NCBI GenBank assembly: GCA_964016885.1
Contig: OZ024740.1
Location: 362,948,001 to 363,012,000, forward strand
Direction: 5' to 3'
Source: Eledone cirrhosa
Lineage: Eukaryota
DNA length: 64,000 nucleotides
Part shown: in pieces, positions 1 through 13,968 of the stretch
Position numbering within the stretch: the stretch's first letter is position 1
How the letters are laid out: each line of letters starts with the position of its first letter
The notes under the pieces: generated by a model
What the model was told of the DNA's origin: nothing
Database searches by the model: none
Seen by the model: the letters and a program-made list of their open reading frames with translations, nothing else
Program-made: the position numbers and the translations under genes

Positions 1-1249
1 TATTCATTAAAATATTTTGCAATATTTAAAATTGCAGACCTGATAGATTTCAGGCATTCAGACGTACCAGAATATTTTATGGATTCTAAAACAAACCTAT
101 TTCGTTGTTGCTGCACAATTTCGATGGTAAATTTAATGCATCTTTCATGTACTTCATTTTCTGCTTTTTGAAGAAATTTACATTGGGAAAGTTCATCCTT
201 AAATTGAAAACCATGATAGGATTAAGTATTTTCTGGTTATAACAATAATTGGACTAAGAGAATCTATAAAATATTGTAGATCATCCAATACCTTAGTCAG
301 CTCTTGTGTCGGAGCCTCAAAACTATTAAATCGTTGGACATGAGGATAAATTTGCTTAAAAATAAACACTGAAAAACAAAAACAAGCATATCTTGTTATT
401 AAACAAAAATTATATTTTAATTGTATAGTATCTTTCCGAATTTCTGACTATGCTAAAATGACAATATAATTCAGTCAAAAATCCCCGTAAGAGAAATTTT
501 ATTTGAGAACCATCTAGTTAGTCGCACTAGGACAGACAGACTTTATAACGGAAAACATATTGGAAATTCTTGCTTAAGCTCTATTATTTGTATATATATT
601 ATACTCTGAGCATTGACTCCAATTAGATATTAATTATTCTCATTCTAGTGTCGATAGTGAATTTACGAAAGAAGCAATATCAGTGAAAAGGCATCTTTTC
701 ACTGGCGGAATCATAGAGTAGTCATATATGATCCAGGTTTCTTCTGAGATCAAATTTATATAAAAATTATATAAATACAGTTGTTATCAAAAGAGTGCTC
801 AAATCGGATTTGAGTCTGGCTATCATTTTAATAACTAAATTTGCATCGTGATAAGTCTTATGAAAGACAAAAACGTTAGATTAAAATTATAAACAATGTT
901 TTATTATTATAAACTTTTACACAACTGATAAAGATTATATTATTACTTTATTACTTCTGATAATTACATTTTATTAATACAATATATTATTCTGAAAAAA
1001 GAGATATATACCTAGACATATGTGTGTGTGCGTTTAGATATAGCAGCTAATTGCTTCCAATGTCGTTATAACACAAATGAATATATATCTTGAGGGTGGG
1101 GGATGGGCAGAGAGAGAGAGAGACAGATGCTGCCACTTATAATAGATACTGATAGCTACTTATAATTGATACTAAGCGAGTCTTATAATAAATATTCATA
1201 GATGTGAATTTCCGTAAGGGATTTGACATAATTATTATTTACAAACGAA

Positions 1250-1415
1250 TAATTGTTTCTACTTTTGACACATGGCCAGCAATTTGAAGGGAAGGGGGAA
1301 ATTGATAAAATCGACCCAGTGCGTTTCTGGTACTTTATTTCAACTGCCTCGAAGTGAATTGAACTCAGAACGTAAAGGGCCGTAACTATATGTCGCAATT
1401 GCCAATCCACCGCCC
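1250..1415 (-). mobile_element. tRNA-derived SINE, family A
   Basis: Reverse complement of the family A consensus (GGGCGGTGGATTGGCA head, GAGTTCAA B-box, AAAATAAAGTACCAG, GCTGGCC..GTG tail); internally deleted. Confidence 0.75.
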
Positions 1416-2160
1416 TTATTTACCAACGAATAATAAACGACTTTATATCTAAACATTAATGAAAAGGTTTGAACTGATGAGTGTATATGAATTTTCATAG
1501 AATTATTGTATTCTCAGCGCGAAGGATAGCCATAAACAGCTGAACACTGTATGCATAGTAAGAAGTTAGGTTAAGATATAACCTCATATCGAACGGATAG
1601 TGGGAGAGAAAGGAAGAAAGAGAGTCTAATATTTATGAGGGACCATAGAAACGTGCCAAAACATATTAAAATAAAATACTATAGCTATAAAATAGAATGG
1701 CTGCGCGCTTAACCCCAACTTTGCGCTTTACGCGCTGCGAAAACGCGTTTCGCGCTAAATTGGCAACGCTGTTGGAGTTATTTATGTAAAATAACAATCC
1801 TAAACGTTGTTATATATTGAACTGTTCCCCCAAGAATAACAGTTTTCATGAGGGCTGGAAACTTTCGTGATGTCAAAAAGGAGATACAAGATTATTCACC
1901 CGTATCCTTATAATTTAGATATCCCAAAAGAACAATCTCACTTTCATATTAAATCAATTTGGATTCATTAAACTAAAATTTGAAAACTACTGGTTTCATT
2001 TCACTAACTAAAACGTAGCATTGCCTATTGGAACATCGAGCTGCCAAATGCTGCATATCTGTAGAAACCTTAGAAACCAAAAAAGAGTTCCTATAATTTT
2101 ATCACTCATATCCAGGAAATATTTATTGAAAATGGACGAGAATAGAGAATAAAAACTAAC

Positions 2161-2302
2161 AGCAGCCCGTCTGAAGAAGGAGCCCCGTGAGGTGGGTGGC
2201 TGTTGCATCGCGTGACACTGGCCATTGTCCGTGGAAATGCCTTTACCATTTTGACAACGGGGTGCAGCTGAAACACCGCTCTGACCTAGGTGTAAAGTCT
2301 GT
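2161..2302 (+). ncRNA. Degenerate large hammerhead ribozyme candidate
   Basis: CTGAAGA 2171-2177; long stem II with CCCCG/CGGGG; GAAA 2270-2273; stem III CACC/GGTG; GTA triplet ending 2294; stem I pairs poorly. Confidence 0.4.
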
Positions 2303-2399
2303 CGCGCTCTCTCCTTTCCCATTTCTTTCTTCCGTTATGTAATAGTCCTTGCTCTTTTCACCCTTTTCCTCTGATGTATGGCATTTGTAGTCCTTTTCA

Positions 2400-2900
2400 A
2401 TACTACTTTCTTTTTCTGTGTATTTGAGTATTTTGAAATATATTTGAGTATTTTGAAATAAAATAATTTGGTTCAAAAGGGGTGAGGGTAGAAATAACAA
2501 GAAAATATGCTGGAAAACTTTGTTCAATAGAGATTTTTTTATTCCATCATTGATATCAATAATGTTTCTTTCTAGGTAATTTATTAACAAAATGGTATCG
2601 ACCTAACAGTATTATTGAAATATTTAGACATGAAATACTATTTGAATAGAAAATAGAAAATATTAGATTAAAATAAAAATGAAAGTAAATTGAGAATCCG
2701 TGGATGATAGAAAAAATGAGGATATTAAATTACTGGAACACATCTCACAGATCATAAAGATACAATAGTCACTCTTAAATTGTTTTCCCACTTAATGGAA
2801 ACTGCTTGGAGAAATCTGTTATATATGCAATTACTATCACATCAAACATTAACCAAAATAACATTATTTCACTAACTATGACGACAAAGTAAAGTACCGT
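2400..2900 (-). pseudogene. Highly decayed PLE RT C-terminal remnant
   Basis: LINYLERNIIDINDGIKKSLLN resembles LISRNYTPSLINNGYQRALKLN of the PLE at 40234-40662; DILI/TDS-like remnants upstream. Confidence 0.35.
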
Positions 2901-3884
2901 ATTTTTTCGTGTATTATTGAGTAATTTTTTAACTGAAATTAAAGGCAAACATTTGGAGTGGTTTTATACACGAGTGAACGTTTTCGGAAATGCTCACTGA
3001 ACTTAAAATTACTAATTTCAAATTGCAAAATTGCCCGCTGCTACACAAAATGATAAACATCCCGTTGCTCTAAATTCGTTAAAGTTATAAGAAACTGAAT
3101 ATTTTGAACTACTATTTTGAACACCAAGCCAGCCCTTATGAGATGCACCTTCAGAGGAGGCCAGCTAAGAGTTAGCTGTAAATTTCATTTTTCTCATCTC
3201 CATAAATTTTCGGTATATTGTATAGAAAAATATGAAATATAATATAGGAAATTCCAACTATCCATTACATATGCGCATGGTGAAGCGTTAGAATGCGGGT
3301 GCTAACTTCTTTATTGAGGTATTTGATAGAAATATCGGAAAGTCGAGTATTGAAGAAGTTATTCGACTGAAACGAAATAGCTTCTAGATTATCAAATGTT
3401 TATTGGATGATTTAAATATTATAAACCTACTATCACCTAACCCCTTCTACATCCCTACTCATGACAAGTTTTGACAGCTTTTCATTTCCATTTTAAATAT
3501 TTAATTTTATATAGAATTATGAAAGCAGAAATTGTTAATAAACTTCAATGTCTCCTTATTCAACATTATTGTAACTTTGATCACTACTTCAAGATGGAGA
3601 GATAATATTATACGATATTTGATCGCAGAGCAGAAATATTCGCTCTTAAAGATTACAAGAATAATCTATTTCGCTTGACTGGAGCGACTTCACTTGAAAT
3701 GAAACTTTAGTACTAATGATCATATTGATTTTTGTTACATTAAAACAACTTAATTGGTTCCAAATTACTGAAGAATTGTGGGTGAGACGAGTCCACGACG
3801 CTGCAGTCAATATGTATAATTTACTTCATCCATCTCTGTCGTTGATAGTCCTTTTAGAAGTATATTTATATATATTTTGAAAAC

Positions 3885-4420
3885 GGCATGACCGAATGGT
3901 TAAGGAGTTCGCTTCGGAATGGTTCCGTCTCGGGTTCGATCCCACTTGGCAAGTGTCATTTACCATATCCTCGGGTTAACCCATGTCGTGTGAAGGAAAT
4001 TGAGTAAATAAAAATTGTTTGGAAGCCTGACGGTTTTAATGCTTCTGTAATTCAACTGGTCAGCAGTGTCACGTACTGCGTCATGATGAATCTCCTTGAG
4101 AATTACATTACTGGTATACGTGCTTGTGAACTTATCAGTCACTTGCACCTTAAATTCAGAAGCATATTGTCGAAATATATGGAGGTCCATTCCATATATT
4201 TATACAATTACATTTTCCCTTAAAGTAGTTCACGAGGAAATTCAAGGTAACACGGTGGGCAATATGGCTAGACTTTTAAATTTCAGGTACAACTCATTTT
4301 TGTTACCTGGGTGGACTTGAGAAATGTGGAATAAAGTGGACTGCTCAATGACACAGCCCGCCGCCGGGAATTGAAATCATTACTTTGCAATCGTGAACCC
4401 AACACCCTAATCACGAATCC
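3885..4420. mobile_element. Cluster of decayed tRNA-derived CORE-like SINE fragments on both strands
   Basis: A/B boxes (GAATGGTTAAGG...GGGTTCGATCCC) followed by TTGGCAAGTGTC; an antisense family B head at about 4280-4420. Confidence 0.6.
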
Positions 4421-5527
4421 TATTTAATTAAAATATTTACCCTTGATATTAGTAACCAAGGTAGCAAATTGACAAAGTCTCTAGAACGTCGGATAGGATG
4501 CTTTGCAGTATTTATTTCGAGTTTCTGCTCTCTGAGTTTAAATCCCGTCAAGGTCAACTTTGCTTTTCATCCATTCGATATCCATAAAAAAGTACCAGTC
4601 AAGTAGTGGGGTCAATTATTACTCTATGTCTCTTTCTGACTTCCATTCTCTCGCCCTCTATCCTTCTCTGGAAGACATCTGCTGCATACAGACCTGGAGA
4701 GGAGATGGGCTCTGCTAAGTTTTAAAATGCCCTAGAAACGCCGTATATCAATACGGTGTCCCTACGACTCCATAAGGAGTTACGGGACCATGCCATGACA
4801 TTAGTGACCAGTAAAATAACCAGTATTGTTTATATTTAATATCAATAAACAATATATTTCCAATAACTACCTCACCGTAATGAGTATAAGCAAATGATTT
4901 TTAATCATTTTGTTACCACGAAAGACTCTACCTATAGTTTTTATATCATTCTGAAAATAATCAAGAATTTTGAGATATTTAATAATATAACTCGCTTTCT
5001 TATACTTGATTTTGTATTTGGAATATATATTAAGAAAGGTTCTCGCATAACGTTTCGATTGAAGGTTTTTAGATAAATATAAATACTTTTTTAATAATGC
5101 TTAGAACCAGGTATCAAAATCGTTACTATGAAGTTGGTGGTTGGTCAATATTCTTGTAAAATGTTCAATAACCAGTTAGTTTATTCGATATAATCCTAGT
5201 CGTCATTAATACGTGTAACTAATGTATACAAAGTAATATAAGGCTTAATCTCTCTACAATAGGAGTGTACTGTAATTCCAGTATAATGGTTGTCTGGTAG
5301 TTTTAAGAAGAAACTAAAGTTACATATATTGGGAAATAATTTTGGATGGTTATCTTTATATTACGTCAGAAATTTGCTAAATTAAAAATTAGATCTGTAA
5401 ATACCATACCATAAAAAAAGCTTTTCTAATGTACTTCCACTTCCTACGTCTGATATCATAGTGTTTATATTCTAAACACACCCATCAGGGACTCAAATCT
5501 GAGTTTAAAACAAAATATTGTAATACA

Positions 5528-5620
<93 letters not shown>

Positions 5621-6389
5621 ATATTAGTCTTGGGTATTTATTAGCTGCAATAAGCTATTTCTGCAATGAAACTCCAAACTTATTTCCTTAACGCAAAATG
5701 CGTAAACACTCACAAATGCTTAAGAAATGAAAATCAATGGATTTTATATTAAACACCTACGCGTGCTCGCGAACACACAGACATGCACGCATTTAAATTA
5801 TATGTTTATGTATGTGCATGTGTCTGTGAGTGAGTGTGTTAGTCTATGTGCGTGTGTAAGTCTCTTTACAAAAACCATAAGGCGATTATGTCTTTCATTC
5901 TTCTGCATCAGTGAGTAAGTAAATGTATGCTAACGAACAGTAACGACAGTAAAATGCATACATCCACCTCTCTTACCCCTGAGGTGGCTATGACACGATA
6001 ACAGCTTAAAATACTCACGGCGACACAAGCTGTTACATTATTATATTGTATATTTTTTCATATACACCTTTATTCTGAACCGCGTTTTTTAGTACGATCG
6101 CTAATCAATTATACTTGTTTAAGTTTATCGTAATGGGGACTCAATTACCTGACTTTCGCCATGAAAGCAGTATGATTTAGCGATACTGAAATTAAATTGA
6201 CTGAATTATAAAGCTTCCTGCTGAGATAACAAAATGATTAAGGTTTTGTAACACGTAATCGTCTTTGCACTGTTTCTCACAAAACAATGTAACTTTCAGT
6301 GAACCAGACTTAGTAGTTGGACATCCTACAACTGATTTGCAGAATGTTCTCTTCAATAAAATATATATTGAGATCAAAATATGAGGGGA

Positions 6390-6680
6390 AACCTGTTGTG
6401 TTGTACCTCCGGCGATTTCAACGAGTGATTGAGTTATTTGATTAACAGAAAAGCCTGCTCGTGAAATCAACATGCACGAGACTGAATATTTCACGATCAT
6501 GCGTACCCTAAACGTAGTTCCTGAGGACATTCAGCGTAACTGACTGTATGAAAATACTGGTCCTTTAAATTACATCTACAACTTATTTTTACAAGCTGAG
6601 TTGCCAGGAGTAATGCGAAATAAGTGTCTTGCTCGAGGATACATCACATTACCGGGAATCGAATATACGGCTACGCGTCT
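6390..6680 (-). mobile_element. tRNA-derived CORE-like SINE, family B
   Basis: Matches the copies at 34020 and 55146 (GCCTGCTCGTGAAAT..., CGTACCCTAAACGTAGTTC..., TACAACTTATTTTTACAAGCTGAG). Confidence 0.7.
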
Positions 6681-6774
6681 TCATAAAATGTTTGTATCCA
6701 AATAACTGCAGCGTGTTTTATTATATTGCACTATGGTACTTAATGTTATATTAAACGTATTGTAGTTCTTCCCA

Positions 6775-6950
6775 ATAATTGTTTCTACTATAGGCACAAG
6801 GCCAGCAAATTTGAGGGAGGGGAGAGTTGATTAAATTGACCTCAGTGATTTATTTATTGGTGCTTTATTTTATCGACCCCCAAAAGGATGAAAAGCAAAG
6901 CTAAACTCAGACTGAAAAGGACCGTAACTCGATGCTGCCAATCCATCGCC
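6775..6950 (-). mobile_element. SINE family A
   Basis: AATAATTGTTTCTAC...GGCACAAGGCCAGC...TTTATTTTATCGACCCC...GGATGAAAAGCAAAG. Confidence 0.75.
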
Positions 6951-7459
6951 AATAGTGTCATGTAATAAATTTCAGTAACTTTCAGAAAATATCCGCATTT
7001 ACAATAGATGAGTCTATTATTGTTTATTAAAAGAAACTGCCACCTTTGCAAATTTTAATGTTTAATTAGAAATAACTGCCAAAGAGTAAATATCAACAGG
7101 ACATTTAAAATGTTTTTTTTTTTAATTTAACTTGCTCGTTCGAAAAACCGATGTTAAATGATGATGATGATGGTGGTGGTTAAAAGAAATAAAATGAAAT
7201 CACACTACTACTACTACTTCTAGTAGTATTATTAGTAGTAGTAGTACAGTGGATTAGCATTATTGATAGAGCTGCAGACAAAATGATTTGTAGTGTTACT
7301 TTCTACCTTCTAAATTCAAATACCATCGAGGTAAACTTTGCCTTTCATCCTTCCAGCGTCGATTAAATAAAGAACCAGTTAAGTACAGAGATCGGTATAA
7401 TCGACTTCCTTATTTCCCCAAATTACTGGCCTTGTGAAAATACTACTACTATTACTGCC

Positions 7460-8130
7460 TGTCCGGCTCTGTCTAGCGGATATGGCGAATGATGTTGGGA
7501 AGTGAATGAGACGAAAATGAGACGAATGAAGACAGACACATTCCTTTTAGGCATGTGTTCATTGATGGCGGACGTGATGTACGTCCAGCGCTCGACGATG
7601 CTGTTGGAAGGCATTGATATGCCTCTCCAGATGCGGAACTGCAGGCCATTAACTTTTCCTGGTTAAATTTTGTTCCTGTTATAGGTTCGTACTCTCTGAG
7701 AGTAGTGCATCATCTCAATGTCTTTGGTGTTCCACACTACTACGGTGATGTCGTTGCGTTGAACACGTCAGCTGCGATGCCTTTTCTAGGGCTTCATTTA
7801 GTGTTCTAACTAGCTCTCATTCTTGTCTAGTTTTTCTATCATTACTCCTTTAATAAACCTTATCGATTCTACTCTTTTCAGGACGAAGTTCTCAATGCGT
7901 CAGAAGAAATGAGGTCGCTCTGCTTCTGTAAGGGCATAGACAACCACAAGCCTGAAAGCATGCTCTTCTCTGCTGATCACGTCCAGCACCACCAACTTAG
8001 CTCTGGATCCAGGAATATAGTCCAAATCGTGAGATCCAGGCTTTTAAGAAATAACTGAGCGACTACGCCCCAAGATCCAGGACGGCTTGGGAATGCGTAC
8101 ACCTCGTAGCCGCCGAAAATGAGTGCAAAA
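7460..8130 (-). pseudogene. Probable 5' fragment of a non-LTR retrotransposon (start of APE endonuclease)
   Basis: GC-richer segment; the minus frame contains ITVVVWNT, resembling the APE N-terminal xxxxWN motif; broken frame. Confidence 0.3.
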
Positions 8131-8894
8131 CTTCATGCATCGGAGATTCTGGTTTTAATACATACAAATAATATAATCATCTAGGATTTAAAAAAAGAAT
8201 TTAGGCGTTGCTGCTACAACCCATCACCACTAGCACTCCCTCTCTCTCTCACACACACACACATACACCATCTTTCCATATAACATGGGATTAAACAAAA
8301 TGTTCGGTGTTACTCCATCCACGACCATTCTTTCTCTGTCACACGCATGCTCACACATTCTTACCATCCTCTTTTCAGCGTTACCAATGTTTTACACGAA
8401 ATATACAATAGCTTTAATCTAATAGATACTTCTTTGGTTTGTTATCTGAGATTTAGACAAACCTTTTTCAAAGAAAAACGAGGCAACGAATTGCTATCTA
8501 AGCTTATCAAAAATAATATTTTAGACCTTGTCCGGAATATCAGTAAATGGAGAACAAAGACAGAAATCTCTAAACTGTACATATCTTCCCGATAAAAATG
8601 ACTGGTTCAACGCGTACAGATTTGGTGGCATAATCACATGCCCTAACACGAAAATATATTTAAAACATTGTAATACATGAAATAGAAATTCATCCTTCAA
8701 GTTGATTTTCCTGAAACTAATTTAAAAACCATACTAATTCTGTGTTACTAAAATTATTATACAATAACATGATGAATGAACTAAAATGGAAAGAAAAAAA
8801 CATTATTTTCTTCACACCATTTCGTTCGACTTGTCTAGTATTTAAACTCAGTCATAGATGATGTGTATCACTGCAGAAATGGACAGGATCATCC

Positions 8895-9302
8895 GAGTAA
8901 CAGACTGCTGACTGCCCAATACCTGAGATGTGTCTTCACTATTCAGCTAAGATGACACTAACTAAAAGACTGCTGACTGTTAGGGTCAAAATTGTTTTCA
9001 CTACTCAGCTAAGACGACACTGACAAATGACTGCTGAGGGCCATAAGTGTGTTTTCATCGTTCAGCTAAAGCCAAACTGACTAAGAGACGGCTAAGGTGT
9101 GTTTTCACTTCTCAAGTAAGGTGACACTGACTAACACACAGCTGACGGCTGAAAAGCAGAGGTGTGTTTTCTCTTCTCGGCTAAGACAACACTGACTAAC
9201 AGATTGCAGAGAGCCAATGGCGTGTTTCACTACTCATCTAAGGTGACACTGATTAACAGACTGCCGAGTGCTTATGATGTTCTTTAATTGTTCGGCTAAG
9301 GG
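8895..9302. repeat. Degenerate minisatellite, about 7 units of 50-65 bp
   Basis: Recurrent CAGCTAAG.TGACACTGACTAA.AGACTGCTGA...GTGTGTTTTCACT at about 8944, 9007, 9063, 9113, 9178, 9236 and 9292. Confidence 0.8.
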
Positions 9303-9864
9303 ACTCCTCTGGCTCTCGAGTGAGGAGTGTTTTAGTAAAGGCACGTTCCATTTTCGCTTCACTCAGTTTTTCGAGACATTCTGTTCGACTATTTGGGTGG
9401 GGGTGGGGTGGGAGGTTAGCCATAGTGACCCACCCAGTGTCTAATTATCCATATGGCCAGTCCACCTGTTATAATGAGATAAACTTTTCAAAATATGTCG
9501 CGGAACGCGCCTGTGTAATTATTATACATTTCCTAAACCCGACAAATCACTTTAGATTGTTCGTTGGGAGCAACATGACATAAATAATTGTTTCTACTTT
9601 TGGCACAAGGCCATCAATTACCCAGTACATTACTGGTACTTTATGACATGTACTTTATACAACTGGTACTTTATACAACATGACATAAATAATAGCTTCT
9701 GTTTTACATCTATCGTAAAGTAGGCACGTCATCTTGTTTCTACATGAACATCCGACCACTTAGATAGTGAGGATTTAGTTGTGACTCTTAAAATTAGGGT
9801 GGTGGGCTAAACTAATTTTTTGATTAGACTGCTAAATAGCTTTCTATATATATATATGGCTATT

Positions 9865-10360
9865 GCTTATCAATTAATTCTATGAAGGTTTTACCGATAT
9901 TGGTTTTGACGTTTAGTTAGAAAAGCGACGTGAACCAGATTGCGTTTCTATACTTATTTCTTTCTAGCAGCTTTGGGCTCGGGTTGCAGCCAATTTTCTT
10001 CTTAAATCCACTCACCTTTAGGACATCGTTGTAATAGGGGACTGGATTATCGAAAATATCTCTGCTAGAGGGGAGGTCGGAAATCCTTGTACATATTTTT
10101 ACTAAATCTTTAAAAAACATTGAGTATAACAGCATCCAACCTTGATATGATATAGTTTTTCATTAAACTTCCTAAAGGATTTGTATACTTTGTTATTTAC
10201 ATCTAGGGTAGCATATAGAAAGTTTACAGGAGCTAGGTTAGTGTATGTAATAATTTTTATGCCAAAGGATTTCAAGGTTTATATTATGTCTTGCCTTGGT
10301 ATGGCCGTTGGTATTGCTTAAGATAGGGCAAGGATTGAATAGACACCAAGGGTATTTAAT
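9865..10360 (-). pseudogene. PLE RT thumb and linker, inverted 5' part of the element continuing at 10361
   Basis: Minus frames give YTNLAPVNFLYATLDVNNKVYKSFRKFNEK and RISDLPSSRDIFDNPVPYYNDVLKVSGF...RNAIWF...NVKTNIGKTFIELIDK, typical of the PLE RT C-terminus. Confidence 0.8.
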
Positions 10361-10415
10361 ATGTTTAACCTAACCAAACCACACACGTCCGCCCCGTCAA
10401 ACGAGCCCATGCATA

Positions 10416-10470
<55 letters not shown>

Positions 10471-10920
10471 TATATATAAAAGTGAATGCCCATTACAAGG
10501 TAAATGCAACACCAAAGCCATTGTATATGCGGCTAAAGTGACAACCATCAGCAACAACCATCCAGCCACCAGTGAACAATATGTGGGTATGACGCAAGAC
10601 AAATTCAAAACGCATCCTTTCTACATCCAGAAAAAAGATTTACAACAGCTCTGGCTAGCAGAATATGGGATTTGAAAGACCAAGGTATCCAATATAAATT
10701 GGATTGGTCAATTTTGAACCAATCTAAAGAATATGCAAGAGGAACAAGAAAATGCACGCTCTGCATAAATGAAAAATATTGGATCTTGCAAAATCTTAAA
10801 TCACCAAAGACCTGCCTGAACACAAAGACGGAAATTTTCACCAGTTGCCCACACATGAAATCACACCTGCTTTCCAGCTCATATAAACTTAACACACTTT
10901 CAGATACTTATCCTCCATAA
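10361..10920 (+). pseudogene. PLE GIY-YIG endonuclease, frameshifted and interrupted by (TA)n
   Basis: ECPLQGKCNTKAIVYAAKV...QYVGMT (GIY/YIG equivalents), then LDWSIL...CTLCINEKYWIL...LNTKTEIFTSCPH. Confidence 0.85.
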
Positions 10921-11336
10921 ACTCTTATTATTCTCTTTATAACTACCCTTTCTGATTTACTTTCATTTTTATCCTTATTAATTTCATTTTTATTTTTATT
11001 TTTATTTTTATATTTTTTTATTTTTATTTTTACTTCACATCCACCAATAACCCCCCCCCCCCCCTTATTCTCCGATTCACTTACCTAATATCTTCACTTT
11101 CCACTTTTTACTTCCCTACTTTCTTCACTAACTGATTACGAAGGTCACTTGCGTTTTCCACTCCAGATATTTTTTATTTTTATTTTTTATTTTTTCGCAG
11201 CCAATCTTATAATTTTATATTTGTACTTACTTATCCACAAGTTTTTTACACCCTGTATCTATGTGTCTGAACGCCTTAATGTGTGTATACTTTCTATATA
11301 TGTACACGAGCGCCCCCGTATGTGCGCGCGCGTGCG

Positions 11337-11367
<31 letters not shown>

Positions 11368-11500
11368 ATGTATATGTGTCTTTATATCCGTGTTTTTACA
11401 TCTATGTTTTTTTGGTTTTTTTTTCTTCTTCCTTTTTTTACATCCTCATTTTTATGCGTGTGCATGCAAACAGGTCAATATGCGTGAGTGTATGTATGTG

Positions 11501-11531
<31 letters not shown>

Positions 11532-12289
11532 ACGTACCGAATGTATGGATGAGTAAGTGTGCGTGTGTATCTAAGCATGTATATTTTTGTGTGTGTGTGT
11601 GTGCGAGTGTGTATACAGTCGCGTGCGTGCGCGTGATTAGATATACATGGGTCGAGGCGTATATGGGTATATATGTGCATCCTGTGTGTGTAGATGTGCT
11701 TGCATACGCTTTTGTCTGCATGTTTTTTGCGTGTATATATATATATATTTCTTATAGATATACGTTTCTTGTAGATATACGTGTGTGTGTACGCGTGTAC
11801 CTTGTTTGTCTTCTTTTCTTTAATTTTTTCTTTCTAAATTATTGTTCCATTTTTATAAATATATCGAGAATGATACTTTCTTTTAATTATTACACTCCCT
11901 TACCTCTTTTACTTCCGCATATAAGTGTACGTGCGTGTGGGTGTGTTTATACGCGTGCCTTCATATTCTTATAATGTATCTATTACCCTATTTTTTCTGT
12001 GTACCTGCCAAACAGAAAACCACATCATGTCTGTCTGTAGTTTACAGATACACAGATACACTTAACATATATATTTACGTACACTTTTTCACTATACGTA
12101 TACATTTGTACATACACATATATGTACATCTGTGAGCGTATATACATACATATACACACACCTAACTATATTTCTTGAAAGATTTTTATATATTTCATAT
12201 GGCTATTGTAATTCATTTGTCTATATTTATATAACATTTTTTTTTTGCTTTTCTTGATGAGACTTTCCAAGTATTTAGCCATGTTTTAT

Positions 12290-12367
12290 ATTGCCTCGTC
12301 TGACGAACGAATGAAGACGTTTCTTTCGTATTCGCCTCATTCGGGAAACCTCTGGTAATGAGGTAAT
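12290..12367 (+). ncRNA. Type I hammerhead ribozyme, intact core, in the 3' terminal repeat of the upstream PLE
   Basis: Stem I ATTGCCTCGT/ATGAGGTAAT (10 bp, 2 G-U); CTGACGA 12300-12306; stem II CGAATGA/TCATTCG; GAAA 12345-12348; stem III CC-tct-GG; GTA, predicted cleavage after 12357. Confidence 0.85.
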
Positions 12368-12463
12368 TATGTATTGATTTTTATACGTTAAATTTTGCTC
12401 TGGTACTTACATAGAGCACTCTTCATTTCTATGACCTTTTCTGTTTTCAACGGAAATTTCAAT

Positions 12464-13098
<635 letters not shown>

Positions 13099-13394
13099 AA
13101 ATTTATAAGATAAAGTAATTATTAGACTTGATATTTCTCCAAAATACTATAAAAATAAAAAGTGGTTTCATTATAGAAAAGACAACTACAACAGCACAAG
13201 AATATAATAAAGATATCGAATAAAGATAAAAAATGAAGAAAATATAGTGTTTTCATGAAAATGTAAGACAGCTTTCTATACTGTTGTTAATTTCTTGCCA
13301 GAAATTTCCGAATCATTTGACTGACTTTATTATGAAAAGAATTGGATATTTCCATAAGCTTCGGAATATGGCTGTATATGTGTTAGTTTTAGAC

Positions 13395-13968
13395 CTCCAT
13401 CGGTTACGACGAGAAGTGCTCCAGTTGATGTAACCAACGGAATATCTTGCTTGTGAAATTAACGTGCAAGTATTTGCGCATTCCACAAACAAGTGTACCC
13501 TTAATATACAGGGTGGTCCGAAAGTCTTGTCACCCCCTACTAAAAAGTAATGAGAAACAGTTTATGTTCCCATCGCAGTATCGTCCTCTTTGGAGGAGTT
13601 GGTTTGCCCAATCTTGCAGTGAAGTCATGTCGCATATCCTCCATGCTCTTGCTAGAATGCACACGATCATGTGCCCATACACTTGCAAGCAGCCTCTCTT
13701 CTAAATTGTTGTAGCTCTGAAATAGAAAATTATATTATTATTATTATATATTATAATTAATGATATTATTATATTATTAAAACAAAAAAATAATGTTAAA
13801 AAATAATAAGTTAAAACAATATGTGACAAGGTGTGACAAGACTTTCGGACCATCCTGTAGTTCTCATGGGGAATCGGCGTGATACAGAGTGGGATCAGAC
13901 TGATCCTCTTGAATTAGATTCAACTCATTTTTGCCAGCTGATTCGACTGAAGCAACATGATATAAAGT
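13395..13968 (-). mobile_element. SINE family B interrupted by a mariner insertion
   Basis: Flanks GTACCCTTAATA and TAGTTCTC rejoin into the family consensus ACCCTTAACGTAGTTCTC. Confidence 0.75.
13509..13857 (-). mobile_element. Internally deleted Tc1/mariner element with an HTH (DUF4817-like) transposase fragment
   Basis: 25-bp TIRs CAGG(G/A)TGGTCCGAAAGTCTTGTCAC with 1 mismatch; TA duplicated on both sides; minus frame LEERLLASVWAHDRVHSSKSMEDMRHDFTARLGKPTPPKRTILRWEHKLF. Confidence 0.88.

Noticed and set aside
4685-4800. HHR-like GAAA-CGCCGTA..TACGGTG-TC
   Set aside because: No properly placed CTGANGA and no stem I; the region matches a repeat at 34390-34500 in reverse.
8895-9302. CRISPR-like appearance of this array and of 57130-57581
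   Set aside because: The inter-repeat segments are homologous to each other, the repeats are degenerate or too long, there are no cas genes and the context is eukaryotic.
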